DNA of 64,000 bases from Alphaproteobacteria bacterium (lineage in GTDB: Bacteria; Pseudomonadota; Alphaproteobacteria; Rs-D84): assembly GCA_009783145.1 (NCBI GenBank), contig WRHR01000003.1:23019-87018 (forward strand). The letters run 5' to 3'. The notes below the pieces were generated by a model. The model was given only the letters and a program-made list of their open reading frames with translations, did not search any database and was not told the DNA's origin. The position numbers and the translations under genes were made by a program. Below are positions 8,279 through 18,182 of the stretch, piece by piece. Each line of letters starts with the position of its first letter. Position 1 is the stretch's first letter.

Positions 8279-9524
8279 TATCCTTCCATCCGCCCGTCAT
8301 GATCGGCGCGAATTCGGCCGGGGACGGAGCATACAGCATCTCGCCTATATCGCCCCCGCCTATTTTTCGCAATATCAGGGTGGAAAACTTTGGGCCGTTC
8401 AGGGACGGAAAGCTCCAGCCTCCCAACTTTATCGGGGCCGCTGCCGTGGAATACATCAGCTCGCTGGACACCGTCATGCCAAAGCCGGTTGCGAAAATCA
8501 ACTGGTCGGTGTTAAGGTAAGGCGTCGCAAGCGCCCCCGCGCGCACGCCGGCGACGCTGGCTGTTCTTACGCTCTCGGACCGCACGGTCATATCTCGCTG
8601 GACATGCAGAGAACCCGAAACATTCACGCTGTCGGCGACCGCATCGCCGCGCGACGACCAGGTCATACCGGGCAATACGCCGCTTCCTTTTAATCTCTTC
8701 GCCGTGATTTTCCTGAATCCGCTGATATCGCCGGTCACGCGGACGGTGCCGAAGGTGGCCTTGGACGGGTCGACGGACGCGCCTTCGGGAAAATAAAGGT
8801 CCGCGCACTGCAGTTCCGGCGCTTCGGCAAACCAGATGTTTCCGTTTGTCGCGTTCAAGCGGTTCGCGTATAACGTGCCGACGTCCGTAAGATTATACTT
8901 GGCCATGTTAAGGTCGCGATACATGGTGTTCATTTCGTCATCGCCAAGATAAGTCCTGTGCAGGTACCGTCGCGATTCGTCTTCGCCCAGAATGTCGGAA
9001 ATTCTGAAAACCAAATCGCCGGCAGAGAAGACATCCGAAGAAATGCTCCACCCGCTGGAACTTACCGCTTCGCCCCCGGCGCCGACAATCGCGGCGTCGG
9101 ATCCCAGGTTTTTCGCGATTGTCGCCACGCGGACTTCTTTGATGTCAACGGGGCGGAAAGCAAGATAGACGTCAATCATCGCGCCTCCGGCCTGAGTGCG
9201 CTTTTCTATGAACCCGGCATAAGGTTGCAACAAGCGCCCCTGCGCTCCGAATTCCTGATTCCAGATTAGATTCACTTCGTCTTCGTCGAATTCTATCTGG
9301 GCGCTGGACGGCCAGTCCGCTTGATTTATGCGGACATAAGCCATCATCGGATCATGCCATGCGGTTATGCGTTTTGATTCGGCGGCATCGGCTATGCTGT
9401 TGCTCATTTCCACCACGCCGTTATAAGCGAACGGCATAATGGCCCCGACGATCGCGATTGCCAGCAAGGTCTCCATCAGACCCGCGCCATGCTCGCTGCG
9501 AAGATATTTGTTTTTTCTTTTCAT
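8274..9524 (-). CDS. Large pseudopilin-like protein with class III signal, paralog 2
   Basis: MKRKNKYLRSEHG|AGLMETLLAIAIVGAIMPF. The first 11 aa and the upstream DNA are near-identical to paralog 3. SSELMYST motif is shared with paralog 1. Confidence 0.55.
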   Translation of the reverse strand: MKRKNKYLRSEHGAGLMETLLAIAIVGAIMPFAYNGVVEMSNSIADAAESKRITAWHDPMMAYVRINQADWPSSAQIEFDEDEVNLIWNQEFGAQGRLLQPYAGFIEKRTQAGGAMIDVYLAFRPVDIKEVRVATIAKNLGSDAAIVGAGGEAVSSSGWSISSDVFSAGDLVFRISDILGEDESRRYLHRTYLGDDEMNTMYRDLNMAKYNLTDVGTLYANRLNATNGNIWFAEAPELQCADLYFPEGASVDPSKATFGTVRVTGDISGFRKITAKRLKGSGVLPGMTWSSRGDAVADSVNVSGSLHVQRDMTVRSESVRTASVAGVRAGALATPYLNTDQLIFATGFGMTVSSELMYSTAAAPIKLGGWSFPSLNGPKFSTLILRKIGGGDIGEMLYAPSPAEFAPIMTGGWKDR

Positions 9525-9530
9525 TTGTTG

Positions 9531-9722
9531 CCTTGCTCGCAGAGTAAAGATTTTTCGGCTTTGCCGAAAAATCAGAGTAACGCTCGCTGCGCTCGCAGAG
9601 TAGGAGAGTAAGAGAGTATCTATAACTCCCTACTCTTCTACTCTCTTACTCTAGCAAACGCTGTGCGTTTGCGTCACTCTGCCGGCGAAGCCGGCGTTAC
9701 TCTGCGCGCTTCGCGCGCTACC
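9531..9722. repeat. Family A element, copy A2 (near-identical to A1)
   Basis: Same architecture and the same position relative to the downstream pseudopilin paralog. Confidence 0.85.
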
Positions 9723-11160
9723 CGCAATTACTTCGTCCGTCCAATCTGCATTGCTTGATGTTTATGCGGCGTTCCAAGCGGCTCCAGAAAACATACTGGC
9801 ACACAAGATTCTGCGCCACCGAGTTATTATTGTAATAAGGCGCGCCGGGCAGCCCCGAAATAATATTTCTGCAGCCGACAGTCTCGCTGTCGTCATTCCC
9901 GGGATTCTTAAGTATCTCGAACGAGTCGTTGTCTATATTTTCGGATAAAACATCCGGCAGCACGGATACTCCGGCGGGGCGAACATCCAGGATTATCGCG
10001 CCGCTGCCGCCTGCCAACAGAGAGCTTGAAATCTGATCGCGAAGGGTCAGATAAGCGGCGGATACCGTCCGCGCTTCGATTCCGCTTTTCGTGGAATACA
10101 TCAGCTCGGTGCTGTCTATGAATACATCCTGCCCGCGCGAAGCGTTTATGAACCCTGAGATTTCAAGCTGTTCGGTATCAATGGAGACATTGCTTAAAAT
10201 GGCGTCGCCATGAATATCCCAGTCATAGGGGCCGACAAAGCTTGTACGCCCAGCCGCCATCGCAAGCGAATTTAACGAAGCTGATTCGGCCTCGACAGAG
10301 CCTATCAATCCATATCTGAACAAGGTATATGCGGAAAGGGACTTCGCGATCAAATCCCCGCGCGAAATATTCAGAGCTCCCGCGCTGTCGCGCGTTTGAA
10401 ATACGGCCTTGTTCGCGATCAAAAGCTCTATCTTGTTCTTGAATCTGCGGTCGTTGCTGGATCCCGTAATGGAAAGCGTGCCGAAGCTCGCGGTATCAAG
10501 CTCCGCATTTTTTGCGGAGAGCTGTGAAATGTTTTTCACATCATAGCCGCCCATATCAAGGTCCGTATGAAATCTGTTTCGCATAATATCCTTGGAGTTT
10601 CGCCGAATCAGCTCCGAAAAGTCATCATCGATCGGGATCAGGACATATATGGCGTCCAAATCAGGTCTTATGCCGAAGTCTTTCAGATTTTTCTCCCATC
10701 CGCCGATGCCATGTAGGATGCCATTGCGGGCGGCTTCGGCGGCGTCCGACCCGATGCGCGCCATCAGCTCGCGCCGTGCGCCTGCGGATAAATTACTGCC
10801 CTTTATTACAAGCAGCGCCAAAACGCCGTTCGCGTTTTTACCGGTCATCAAGGATATTTTCTGCCCCTGCGCGGTCTGTGGAATAAAGCCCAGCGGAAGG
10901 CCGAAGGGCTCTAAAAGATCGGAGAATTCGTCGCCGCCGGCGACACGGACGCCATACCGCAGGTCATCCTTGTTGTACCTGACGAACTCGCGGGCGGCGC
11001 GGGCGGCGCGGGCCACGTGCCTGCTTGATGCGGTCATAATCTGGTCGTTTCTGCGCTCGCTCAGCCGACCTGCCAAAAAGGGCATAAAGGCCATGACCAA
11101 GGCGATTGCCAGCAAAGCTTGCAGCAAAAAGTTTCCACGGGATTCGGTGTTCAAAAACAT
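9718..11160 (-). CDS. Large pseudopilin-like protein with class III-like signal, paralog 1
   Basis: ESRG|NFLLQALLAIALVMAFMPF has Gln at +5; shares LDMGGYDV and TELMYST motifs with paralog 2. Confidence 0.5.
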   Translation of the reverse strand: MFLNTESRGNFLLQALLAIALVMAFMPFLAGRLSERRNDQIMTASSRHVARAARAAREFVRYNKDDLRYGVRVAGGDEFSDLLEPFGLPLGFIPQTAQGQKISLMTGKNANGVLALLVIKGSNLSAGARRELMARIGSDAAEAARNGILHGIGGWEKNLKDFGIRPDLDAIYVLIPIDDDFSELIRRNSKDIMRNRFHTDLDMGGYDVKNISQLSAKNAELDTASFGTLSITGSSNDRRFKNKIELLIANKAVFQTRDSAGALNISRGDLIAKSLSAYTLFRYGLIGSVEAESASLNSLAMAAGRTSFVGPYDWDIHGDAILSNVSIDTEQLEISGFINASRGQDVFIDSTELMYSTKSGIEARTVSAAYLTLRDQISSSLLAGGSGAIILDVRPAGVSVLPDVLSENIDNDSFEILKNPGNDDSETVGCRNIISGLPGAPYYNNNSVAQNLVCQYVFWSRLERRINIKQCRLDGRSNCG

Positions 11161-11297
11161 CCCTCCTACACACTGAATCTTAGCGAATTGAAAATTTTAT
11201 TGCAATTGGTTTTGGCACAGTGTAAACTAACGAACGTTGCAGGGTAATTCTTAACATTTTCCTGTGATTATTTTCCATTAATTAATAAAGAACCAAC

Positions 11298-11588
11298 ATG
11301 CAAAACAACAATAATAAAAAACAAATGTCCGTTGGGCTTATGATCCAACGCTGTCACCGCTGGCGGCAGAAAAGAAAGCAATACATGGACCAGGCAAGGC
11401 AAACGCCGGACGAGGTGGAGCGCGAAAGAATCCTGCAAATGGCGGAGCATTACGGGCGCATAGTCAACGAAGAGCAGTCCAAAATAGACACGACGCGTGA
11501 CCCGCGGGACAAGTCGGCGGCGCCGGAACCGGACGAAAGGCTGGACGAAGACGACAACGGCTTTCCGGATTTCATTTCTCAGCTGTAA
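11298..11588 (+). CDS. Small charged hypothetical protein
   Basis: 96-aa ORF upstream of serS, rich in acidic and basic residues; no family recognised. Confidence 0.3.
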   Translation: MQNNNNKKQMSVGLMIQRCHRWRQKRKQYMDQARQTPDEVERERILQMAEHYGRIVNEEQSKIDTTRDPRDKSAAPEPDERLDEDDNGFPDFISQL

Positions 11589-11795
11589 CTCTATTTTTTC
11601 GCCGCGGCGGCGGAAGGGATTTGACTTTTGATAACGCATAATTTATAATGCGGCCGATATGAGACATTGGTTCGTTTCTTTTTCGTCTTTTTCCTCGTCC
11701 CCTTTGGGGGAATAATTTTCATTTGCGGTTTTGCCCGCACGTTATATAATAATCACTATAAAACTTAATCCGAACAATAACAAAGGTTCGAAAAA

Positions 11796-13100
11796 ATGCT
11801 AGATATAAAATTTATAAGGGAAAACCCTGATATTGTGAAAAACGCATGCAAAGTAAAAGGCTTTGATGATGTTGTTGACGATATTATCGGGCTTGATAAA
11901 AAAGTCCGCACGCTGAAGACAAGCACTCAGACAAAGACCGCGGACAAGAATAAAATCACGGCACAGATTGCTGGCGCACAGGCTTGCGCGCGCGCGCCGC
12001 TGGTTGCGGAATCGAAAAAGATTTCCAATGAGATCGCGGACGACGAGGCAGCGCTGAAAGCGCTTGATGCCGAATTGAACGAGCTGCTGCACCGCGTGCC
12101 GCAAATTCCTGCGGCAGAAGCGCCGATCGGCCCGGATGCAGAAAGCAGCGTTGTGACAAAGACTGCCGGCGATAAAAGGAAATTCGACTTCACTCCACGA
12201 CCGCATTATGAAGTTTTGGATATGAATAATTGGTGGATGCCGGAAAAAATTTCGGAAATCAGCGGGTCGCGCGAATTCTGCCTGATGGGGGAAATCGCGG
12301 AAATGGATCTTGCGATACAAACGTTCGTAATCCAGAAAATGATTGCCAAGGGATTTACGTTCATCCAGGTTCCTTCAATTGTGAAGCCTCAAATGGTATT
12401 CGATGCCGGCCATTTCCCAGGCAGTGACCTGTCGGTTATGGATAATGACGTGTTCTATCTGAATGCACCGGACAAATGTTTGTCCGGCACTGGCGAAATT
12501 GTAATCAATTCGCTGCATAGGAATGAAATATTGCCCGAAAGCGCACTGCCGATTAAATATGCGGGATTTTCGCCCTGCTATCGCAAGGAAGCGGGCGCGG
12601 CGGGACGCGACACTCGCGGTCTTATAAGATTTTACGAATTCCACAAGGTGGAACAGTTTATTTTCTGCAAGCCTGAACAGACGGAAGAAATGCATGCGTT
12701 GCTGCTTGGGTTCTTGGAAGAAATAATGACGGATTTGGAATTGCCTTACCATGTCCTTGCGACATCGACCGGTGATATGGGATTCAATAAAATCAAAATG
12801 GACGACATAGAGGCATGGTTTCCGTCGGAAAGTGCATATCGCGAACTGGGCAGCTGTTCGTCCATCGGAGAATTTCAGGCGCGGCGGACAATGACAAGGT
12901 ATCGCGAGAACGGAACGAACGAAGTAAAGTTCTGCGCTACGTTGAACAATACGGCGATGGCGCTGCCGCGTTCGTTGGCGGCGGTGATAGAGAATCATCA
13001 GAACGCAGACGGAAGCGTGAACGTTCCGAAAAAATTGCAGACGCTGATGGGCGGCCGCAAAAAAATCGGCGGGCGGCGCCCCGGGTCCCGGCGCGAATGA
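11796..13100 (+). CDS. serS: Seryl-tRNA synthetase
   Basis: N-terminal coiled-coil arm followed by a class II catalytic core (FYEFHKVEQF, TGEIVINSLHRNE). Confidence 0.9.
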   Translation: MLDIKFIRENPDIVKNACKVKGFDDVVDDIIGLDKKVRTLKTSTQTKTADKNKITAQIAGAQACARAPLVAESKKISNEIADDEAALKALDAELNELLHRVPQIPAAEAPIGPDAESSVVTKTAGDKRKFDFTPRPHYEVLDMNNWWMPEKISEISGSREFCLMGEIAEMDLAIQTFVIQKMIAKGFTFIQVPSIVKPQMVFDAGHFPGSDLSVMDNDVFYLNAPDKCLSGTGEIVINSLHRNEILPESALPIKYAGFSPCYRKEAGAAGRDTRGLIRFYEFHKVEQFIFCKPEQTEEMHALLLGFLEEIMTDLELPYHVLATSTGDMGFNKIKMDDIEAWFPSESAYRELGSCSSIGEFQARRTMTRYRENGTNEVKFCATLNNTAMALPRSLAAVIENHQNADGSVNVPKKLQTLMGGRKKIGGRRPGSRRE

Positions 13101-13277
13101 GTTCGCGCGGGGTGGGCCAGCGGCGCTGCATCCTAGTTTTTTACTCCCCGATTCAACAAGGGAATACTCGCAACCTTGCAATAACAATAAATAAGAAATC
13201 CGCGCGAAGCGCGGATTTTTTCTTGAAAACGAAATTATGAGCTGTATAATCCGGCGCATTTAACAAAAGACTAACAT

Positions 13278-15107
13278 ATGAAAATTAGAAATATCGCAAT
13301 AATCGCGCACGTAGACCACGGCAAAACGACCTTGGTGGATAATATGCTTAAACAAGCCGGAACGTTCGCTGCCCACGAGCGCGTCGTCGAACGCGTAATG
13401 GACAGCGGAGAAATAGAGCGCGAACGCGGCATTACTATTTCGGCCAAACCCACATCCGTCATATGGAAAGACTATAAGATAAATATAGTGGATACGCCCG
13501 GCCACGCGGATTTCGGCGGAGAGGTAGAGCGCATCTTAAGCATGGTCGACGGCGTGATTTTATTGGTGGATTCTGCCGAAGGCCCCCTGCCCCAGACCAA
13601 GTTCGTGTTATCAAAGGCGTTGAAGCTGGGCCTGCGCCCGATTGTTGCGATTAATAAAATAGATCGCCAGGACGCGCGTCCCGACGAAGTGCTGTCCGAG
13701 ACGTTCGACTTGTTCGATAAGCTGGGCGCGACGGACGCTCAACTGGATTTTCCTTATGTCTACGCTGTGGGTCGCGAAGGCAAAGCCTTTCGCGAGCTGA
13801 CCGACGAACGCGCAGATCTGACGCCATTATTCCAATTGATTATTGACCATGTGCCGGCACCCAACTGCGGCGTATCCGGGCGATGCGAATTGAACGCGCC
13901 GTTCCGCATGCTTGCGACGACCTTGGAGGCTGATCCGTATGTGGGGCGAATTCTGACCGGAAAAATTGAATCGGGAACCGTGCGCGTGGGCCAGGCGGTC
14001 AAGGCAATCAATATGCAAGGCGAATTCATAGAAAATGCGCGAATCACAAAAATCATAGAACACCGCGGCATAGAAAAAATATCCTTGGACGAGGCCAACG
14101 CCGGCGATATCGTCGTCGTCGCGGGCTTCGGCAAAGCGACCGTCGCGGACACTTTATGCGCGCCCGAGGTTACCGAACCGATTCCCGCATTGCCGATTGA
14201 CCCGCCGACTCTGACGATGACATTCTTCGTTAATACCAGTCCGCTGGCGGGAAGATCCGGCGGCAAGAAGCTGACATCGCGCATGATTGGCGAGCGTTTG
14301 TTTAAAGAAGCCGAAACGAATATAGCACTGCGCGTAGTACAATCCGCGAATAACGAAGCGTTCGAAGTATCGGGGCGCGGCGAATTGCAATTGGGGATAT
14401 TGATCGAAACCATGCGCCGCGAGGGGTTCGAGCTGTCGGTCAGCCGCCCGCGCGTTGTCTTTACTGAAGACGAAAACGGAAATCGTTTGGAGCCGATCGA
14501 AGATGTCGTAATCGATGTAGACGACGAATTCAGCGGCGTTGTGATTGAAAAAATGACCAAGCGCAAGGCGACGATTACCGAAATGAAGCCGTCGGGCGTC
14601 GGCAAGACGCGGATTGTGTTCAGCGCTCCGTCGCGCGGGCTGATCGGATACTTGTCCGAGTTCCGCACGGATACGCGCGGCACCGGAATCATGAACCGCA
14701 TCTTTGACAAGTACGATTTGTACCGCGGAGATATCGAGACATATCGTCCGGGAGTGCTGGTCAGCATGGAAAACGGCGCGGCGGCGACTTATGCTTTGTT
14801 CAATCTGCAGCCGCGCGGAACGCTGTTTATAGAGCCCCAAACGCAAGTTTATTCCGGAATGATTATCGGCGAGCATAGCAAGGAAAACGACTTGGAAGTG
14901 AACCCGATAAAAGGCAAAGAGCTGACCAATATGCGCTCTGTCACGGCGGATGAGAAATTGTTCTTAAGCCCGCCGCGCAAAATCTCGCTGGAAGAAGCGC
15001 TGTCTTATATACAGGACGACGAGCTTGTGGAAATCACTCCGCAGACGATACGGCTTCGCAAAAAAGAATTGGATTCCGGCGCGCGAAAAAAGACGAGGAA
15101 AAGTTAA
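13278..15107 (+). CDS. typA: Translational GTPase TypA/BipA
   Basis: AHVDHGKTTL, DTPGHADFGGEVER, NKIDR; the 609-aa length fits TypA rather than LepA or EF-G. Confidence 0.9.
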   Translation: MKIRNIAIIAHVDHGKTTLVDNMLKQAGTFAAHERVVERVMDSGEIERERGITISAKPTSVIWKDYKINIVDTPGHADFGGEVERILSMVDGVILLVDSAEGPLPQTKFVLSKALKLGLRPIVAINKIDRQDARPDEVLSETFDLFDKLGATDAQLDFPYVYAVGREGKAFRELTDERADLTPLFQLIIDHVPAPNCGVSGRCELNAPFRMLATTLEADPYVGRILTGKIESGTVRVGQAVKAINMQGEFIENARITKIIEHRGIEKISLDEANAGDIVVVAGFGKATVADTLCAPEVTEPIPALPIDPPTLTMTFFVNTSPLAGRSGGKKLTSRMIGERLFKEAETNIALRVVQSANNEAFEVSGRGELQLGILIETMRREGFELSVSRPRVVFTEDENGNRLEPIEDVVIDVDDEFSGVVIEKMTKRKATITEMKPSGVGKTRIVFSAPSRGLIGYLSEFRTDTRGTGIMNRIFDKYDLYRGDIETYRPGVLVSMENGAAATYALFNLQPRGTLFIEPQTQVYSGMIIGEHSKENDLEVNPIKGKELTNMRSVTADEKLFLSPPRKISLEEALSYIQDDELVEITPQTIRLRKKELDSGARKKTRKS

Positions 15108-15111
15108 AAAA

Positions 15112-15280
15112 GCGGGGTCGCGGTTCCCCTCCTGTGGAGGGGTGGATTGCGAGCGAAGCAAAGCAAGACGGGGTGGTTCTTGTAATGTGCGAGATTTTTC
15201 ACCCCACTCAAGGGGCAGGAAAACAACCACCCCCGCCGCGCGATAACGGCGCGATGCCCCTCCACAGGAGGGGAACACCT
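15112..15280. repeat. Family B palindromic element (ccctcctgtggagggg termini), intergenic copy B1
   Basis: Terminal IR cggttcccctcctgtggaggggtgg / cccctccacaggaggggaac; shares the internal gacggggtggttcNtgtaatgt block with B2. Confidence 0.8.
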
Positions 15281-15291
15281 CGGCGCGATTT

Positions 15292-15858
15292 TTATTTATG
15301 ATATTCCAACTGCAACTTCCCGGTGGTTCTATATCTCTGCACTCTCATCGATTCCATATTGTCGAACTGCCTGCCGAATGTATCTTTAAAACTAAGCTGC
15401 TCCCCCTTGCCGTTTCTCGCATTGGCATTTAACATAACTGAAATTTTATTACCTTCAAAGGATACAGTGGCCGCATATTTCCCCTCGTATATAATATGTT
15501 CGGGAATTAATATCAGGCCCTTCTTGACTCTTTCCACATCCAAAGCTTGCCCCGCCAATTTTTCCAGGGCTTCCTTGTACGCTTGAAAGCTCATAACGCT
15601 GCTGGGACAATCGAACAGCCCTTGCCTTTCGATGCTATGCGCCAACTGGTTTATAAACAGGGATTTGCCTTCCGCAAAATCCTTTGCTTTCAACCGCATC
15701 ATTGTATCTGCGCCGCAAGGCTCTTCTGCGATGGGGTCGCACCGGCCGCCATTTTCACAATACTCGGCGCATCGGCAGCAAATAAGCTCGCTGTTCATTT
15801 GCAATTCCATCTTGGCATTGGCGCTGATATTATCAGCCTTTTTGAAATTAAACCCCAT
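15292..15858 (-). CDS. Cys-rich hypothetical protein
   Basis: CCRCAEYCENGGRCDP...PCGAD cluster; no family recognised. Confidence 0.35.
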   Translation of the reverse strand: MGFNFKKADNISANAKMELQMNSELICCRCAEYCENGGRCDPIAEEPCGADTMMRLKAKDFAEGKSLFINQLAHSIERQGLFDCPSSVMSFQAYKEALEKLAGQALDVERVKKGLILIPEHIIYEGKYAATVSFEGNKISVMLNANARNGKGEQLSFKDTFGRQFDNMESMRVQRYRTTGKLQLEYHK

Positions 15859-15953
15859 ATTAGAACCCCTTGTTTCGTTTTACGGCAAAACAATACTATA
15901 TCCTGCCTGTTTGTCAAGCCGTTTTAAGTCCTAGTCGAAAAGTAAAGAAATTT

Positions 15954-16790
15954 TTATAGCTCTATCAAATTTGCCTTCGCTACCGCATCAAGGTCTTTCC
16001 AAATCCGCAAGTTGTTTTCCATGTCGCTCAGCTTTATCATATTCGGCCCGTCGCAAGGCGCCGCGTCCGGATTCTCATGAGTTTCAATAAAGACGCCCGC
16101 AACGCCGATCGCCAGGGCCGCGCGCGCGATTACTGGCGCCAGGCGCCGGTCGCCGCCGGATACGCAGCCGCTGCTGGCGGGTTGCTGAATTCCATGCGTC
16201 GCGTCGATTACCACCGGCGCGTCCAGCGCGCTCATCCACGGGATAGACCGCATATCCACTATGAAATTGTTGTATCCGAAACTGGTTCCGCGCTCGCACA
16301 ATAAAATACTTTCATTACCGCTCATCCGGAGTTTCCCCAGGGTTGAGCGCATATCCTGCGGCGCGGACCATTGCGGTTTTTTCACGTTAATGGGTTTTCC
16401 TGTTTTTGCCGCGGCAACCAGCAGGTCTGTCTGGCGCGCCAAAAACGCCGGAATCTGCAGCATATCCACATGCGGCGCAACCAAGGCCGCCTGATCGGGA
16501 AGATGAATATCTGTTACAATGGGACAATTAAAAGTCGCGCGAATTTTATCAAAAACACTCAGCGCATAGTCCAGCCCGGCTCCGCGCCCGCTGCCTAAAG
16601 ACGTGCGGTTGGCCTTATCAAAACTGGTTTTGAAAACGAACGGGATGCGCAGCGCATCGGTGAGACGCTTTAAAGACTCTGCCATAAACAAGGCATGGTC
16701 GCGAGATTCCATCGCGCACGGCCCCGCGATTAGAACAAACGGCAAATCGTTTCCGAAAACGACTTCGTCAGAGATTTTTACATGCTTCAT
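15954..16790 (-). CDS. kdsA: 3-deoxy-8-phosphooctulonate synthase KdsA
   Basis: LIAGPCAMES, KTSFDKANRTS and DIHLPDQAA motifs typical of KDO8P synthase. Confidence 0.9.
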   Translation of the reverse strand: MKHVKISDEVVFGNDLPFVLIAGPCAMESRDHALFMAESLKRLTDALRIPFVFKTSFDKANRTSLGSGRGAGLDYALSVFDKIRATFNCPIVTDIHLPDQAALVAPHVDMLQIPAFLARQTDLLVAAAKTGKPINVKKPQWSAPQDMRSTLGKLRMSGNESILLCERGTSFGYNNFIVDMRSIPWMSALDAPVVIDATHGIQQPASSGCVSGGDRRLAPVIARAALAIGVAGVFIETHENPDAAPCDGPNMIKLSDMENNLRIWKDLDAVAKANLIEL

Positions 16791-17542
16791 TTTACAAACC
16801 TCCTTATTTCCTCATAATCTTCCATAGTATTGATGTCGGCCTGCGCGCGGGGATCTATGCGGGTATCGTCCAAAATCGCAGCAAAGATGCTCATCCCATT
16901 TTCAAGAAACCGCAGTTGCTCCAATTTTTCGCATCCTTCTAATTCTCCGACTGGCAATGACACAAACCTGCGCAATGATTTCAGATTATAAGCATACATT
17001 CCGATATGCCAGAAAGCGCTGTCTGCGCATCCCGCAGTGCGGTTGAAAGGAATCGGGCTGCGCGAGAAATACAGGCATCGCCCGGTTGATTTTACAATCG
17101 CGGTTTTGACTATCGACGGATTCATTATTAACACCATATCAGAAATAGGTTGCACTACGGTCGCCATATCGGCGCCGGTCTTTTCCAATATTTCTGCCAG
17201 ATGCAGACTGACCTCTGGCCGAACATTAACATCATCGCCTTGGAAATTTATAACAAAGTCATACTTGTCGCCATTGGGATCAATAGCGTCCAGCGCAGCC
17301 GCTATGCGGTCGGTGCCAGAGGGCAGATCGGGATCGGTCATTATGGCTTGCGCGCCGAAAGATTTCGCATGCGCGAAATATTCTTCGCCGTCAACGGCAA
17401 TGAAAATGTCCGCCGGATTAAACTTGGCCGCTACGTTTTCATACACGCGCTGCATCAGAGATTTTCCGTTTATATCCAAAAGATGCTTCCTGGGCAGCCT
17501 TTCGGCCCCGGCGCGACAAGGAATTATAACAACGGTTTTCAT
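16787..17542 (-). CDS. kdsB: 3-deoxy-manno-octulosonate cytidylyltransferase KdsB
   Basis: VIIPCRAGAERLPRK start, FQGDDVNV motif; 4-bp overlap with kdsA. Confidence 0.88.
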   Translation of the reverse strand: MKTVVIIPCRAGAERLPRKHLLDINGKSLMQRVYENVAAKFNPADIFIAVDGEEYFAHAKSFGAQAIMTDPDLPSGTDRIAAALDAIDPNGDKYDFVINFQGDDVNVRPEVSLHLAEILEKTGADMATVVQPISDMVLIMNPSIVKTAIVKSTGRCLYFSRSPIPFNRTAGCADSAFWHIGMYAYNLKSLRRFVSLPVGELEGCEKLEQLRFLENGMSIFAAILDDTRIDPRAQADINTMEDYEEIRRFVK

Positions 17543-18180
17543 TTATTTTCCTCTTCTATATACTTCACAAATTCCGAAAGGCTATAAAATTCCGGAGCCT
17601 TCAAATCTGCCGGTGTATCCGTAGTAAAATCGCCGCGAAATCTGACGGGCCGAACGCCTGCGCGAACTGCGGCGCGCAGATTATACGGACGATCATCTAT
17701 CAGAACCGTTTCGCTGGGATTCCAATCATTTTCCGCCATGTATTTCAGCATGTTTTCTTCCTTGAAATCTCCTCTGTCGTCATGCGGAACTATGCGAATG
17801 TCAATCGGCAAATCACCCAGCAATGATTTCAACAAAGCCATTTTCTTTGTCGGTACGCCGGTGGCAGATAGCGTTGCCTGGCGAATGCCCATATCGTGCA
17901 ATTTTAACACGGTTTCTTTTGCATCAGGGAACAGCGGACGGTCATTATAGAAATCGGATTCCGCAAAATCCTGATTTAACTCTTCGGCAAGCTGGGGATG
18001 TTGAAACAATGCAATGCCGCCGTATTCTTCCGACACCGGAAAAGCTTCGCCAAGGTCTTGGAACCGGTACATAGCGAATTTATCCCGCCATTTTGGATGC
18101 TCAGTCAGAAATCTGTAATAGGCATGATTCAAATCCGCCAGAACATCATCCACATCCCAGAAAATGTTTTTGATTTTCAT
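17539..18180 (-). CDS. HAD-superfamily hydrolase (5'-nucleotidase-like DxD motif)
   Basis: FWDVDDVLAD motif I; co-oriented with and overlapping kdsB. Confidence 0.55.
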   Translation of the reverse strand: MKIKNIFWDVDDVLADLNHAYYRFLTEHPKWRDKFAMYRFQDLGEAFPVSEEYGGIALFQHPQLAEELNQDFAESDFYNDRPLFPDAKETVLKLHDMGIRQATLSATGVPTKKMALLKSLLGDLPIDIRIVPHDDRGDFKEENMLKYMAENDWNPSETVLIDDRPYNLRAAVRAGVRPVRFRGDFTTDTPADLKAPEFYSLSEFVKYIEEENK

Positions 18181-18182
18181 TT

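Noticed and set aside
7154-8302. 382-aa plus-strand ORF overlapping pseudopilin paralog 3 and the A1 repeat
   Set aside because: It is antisense to a gene with a clear pilin-like N-terminus and paralog support, and it runs through non-coding repeat sequence. Composition is Arg/Ser/Pro-rich.
13760-14876. 335-aa and 240-aa minus-strand ORFs inside typA
   Set aside because: Antisense shadow ORFs of a highly conserved GTPase gene, with low-complexity Ser/Arg/Pro composition.
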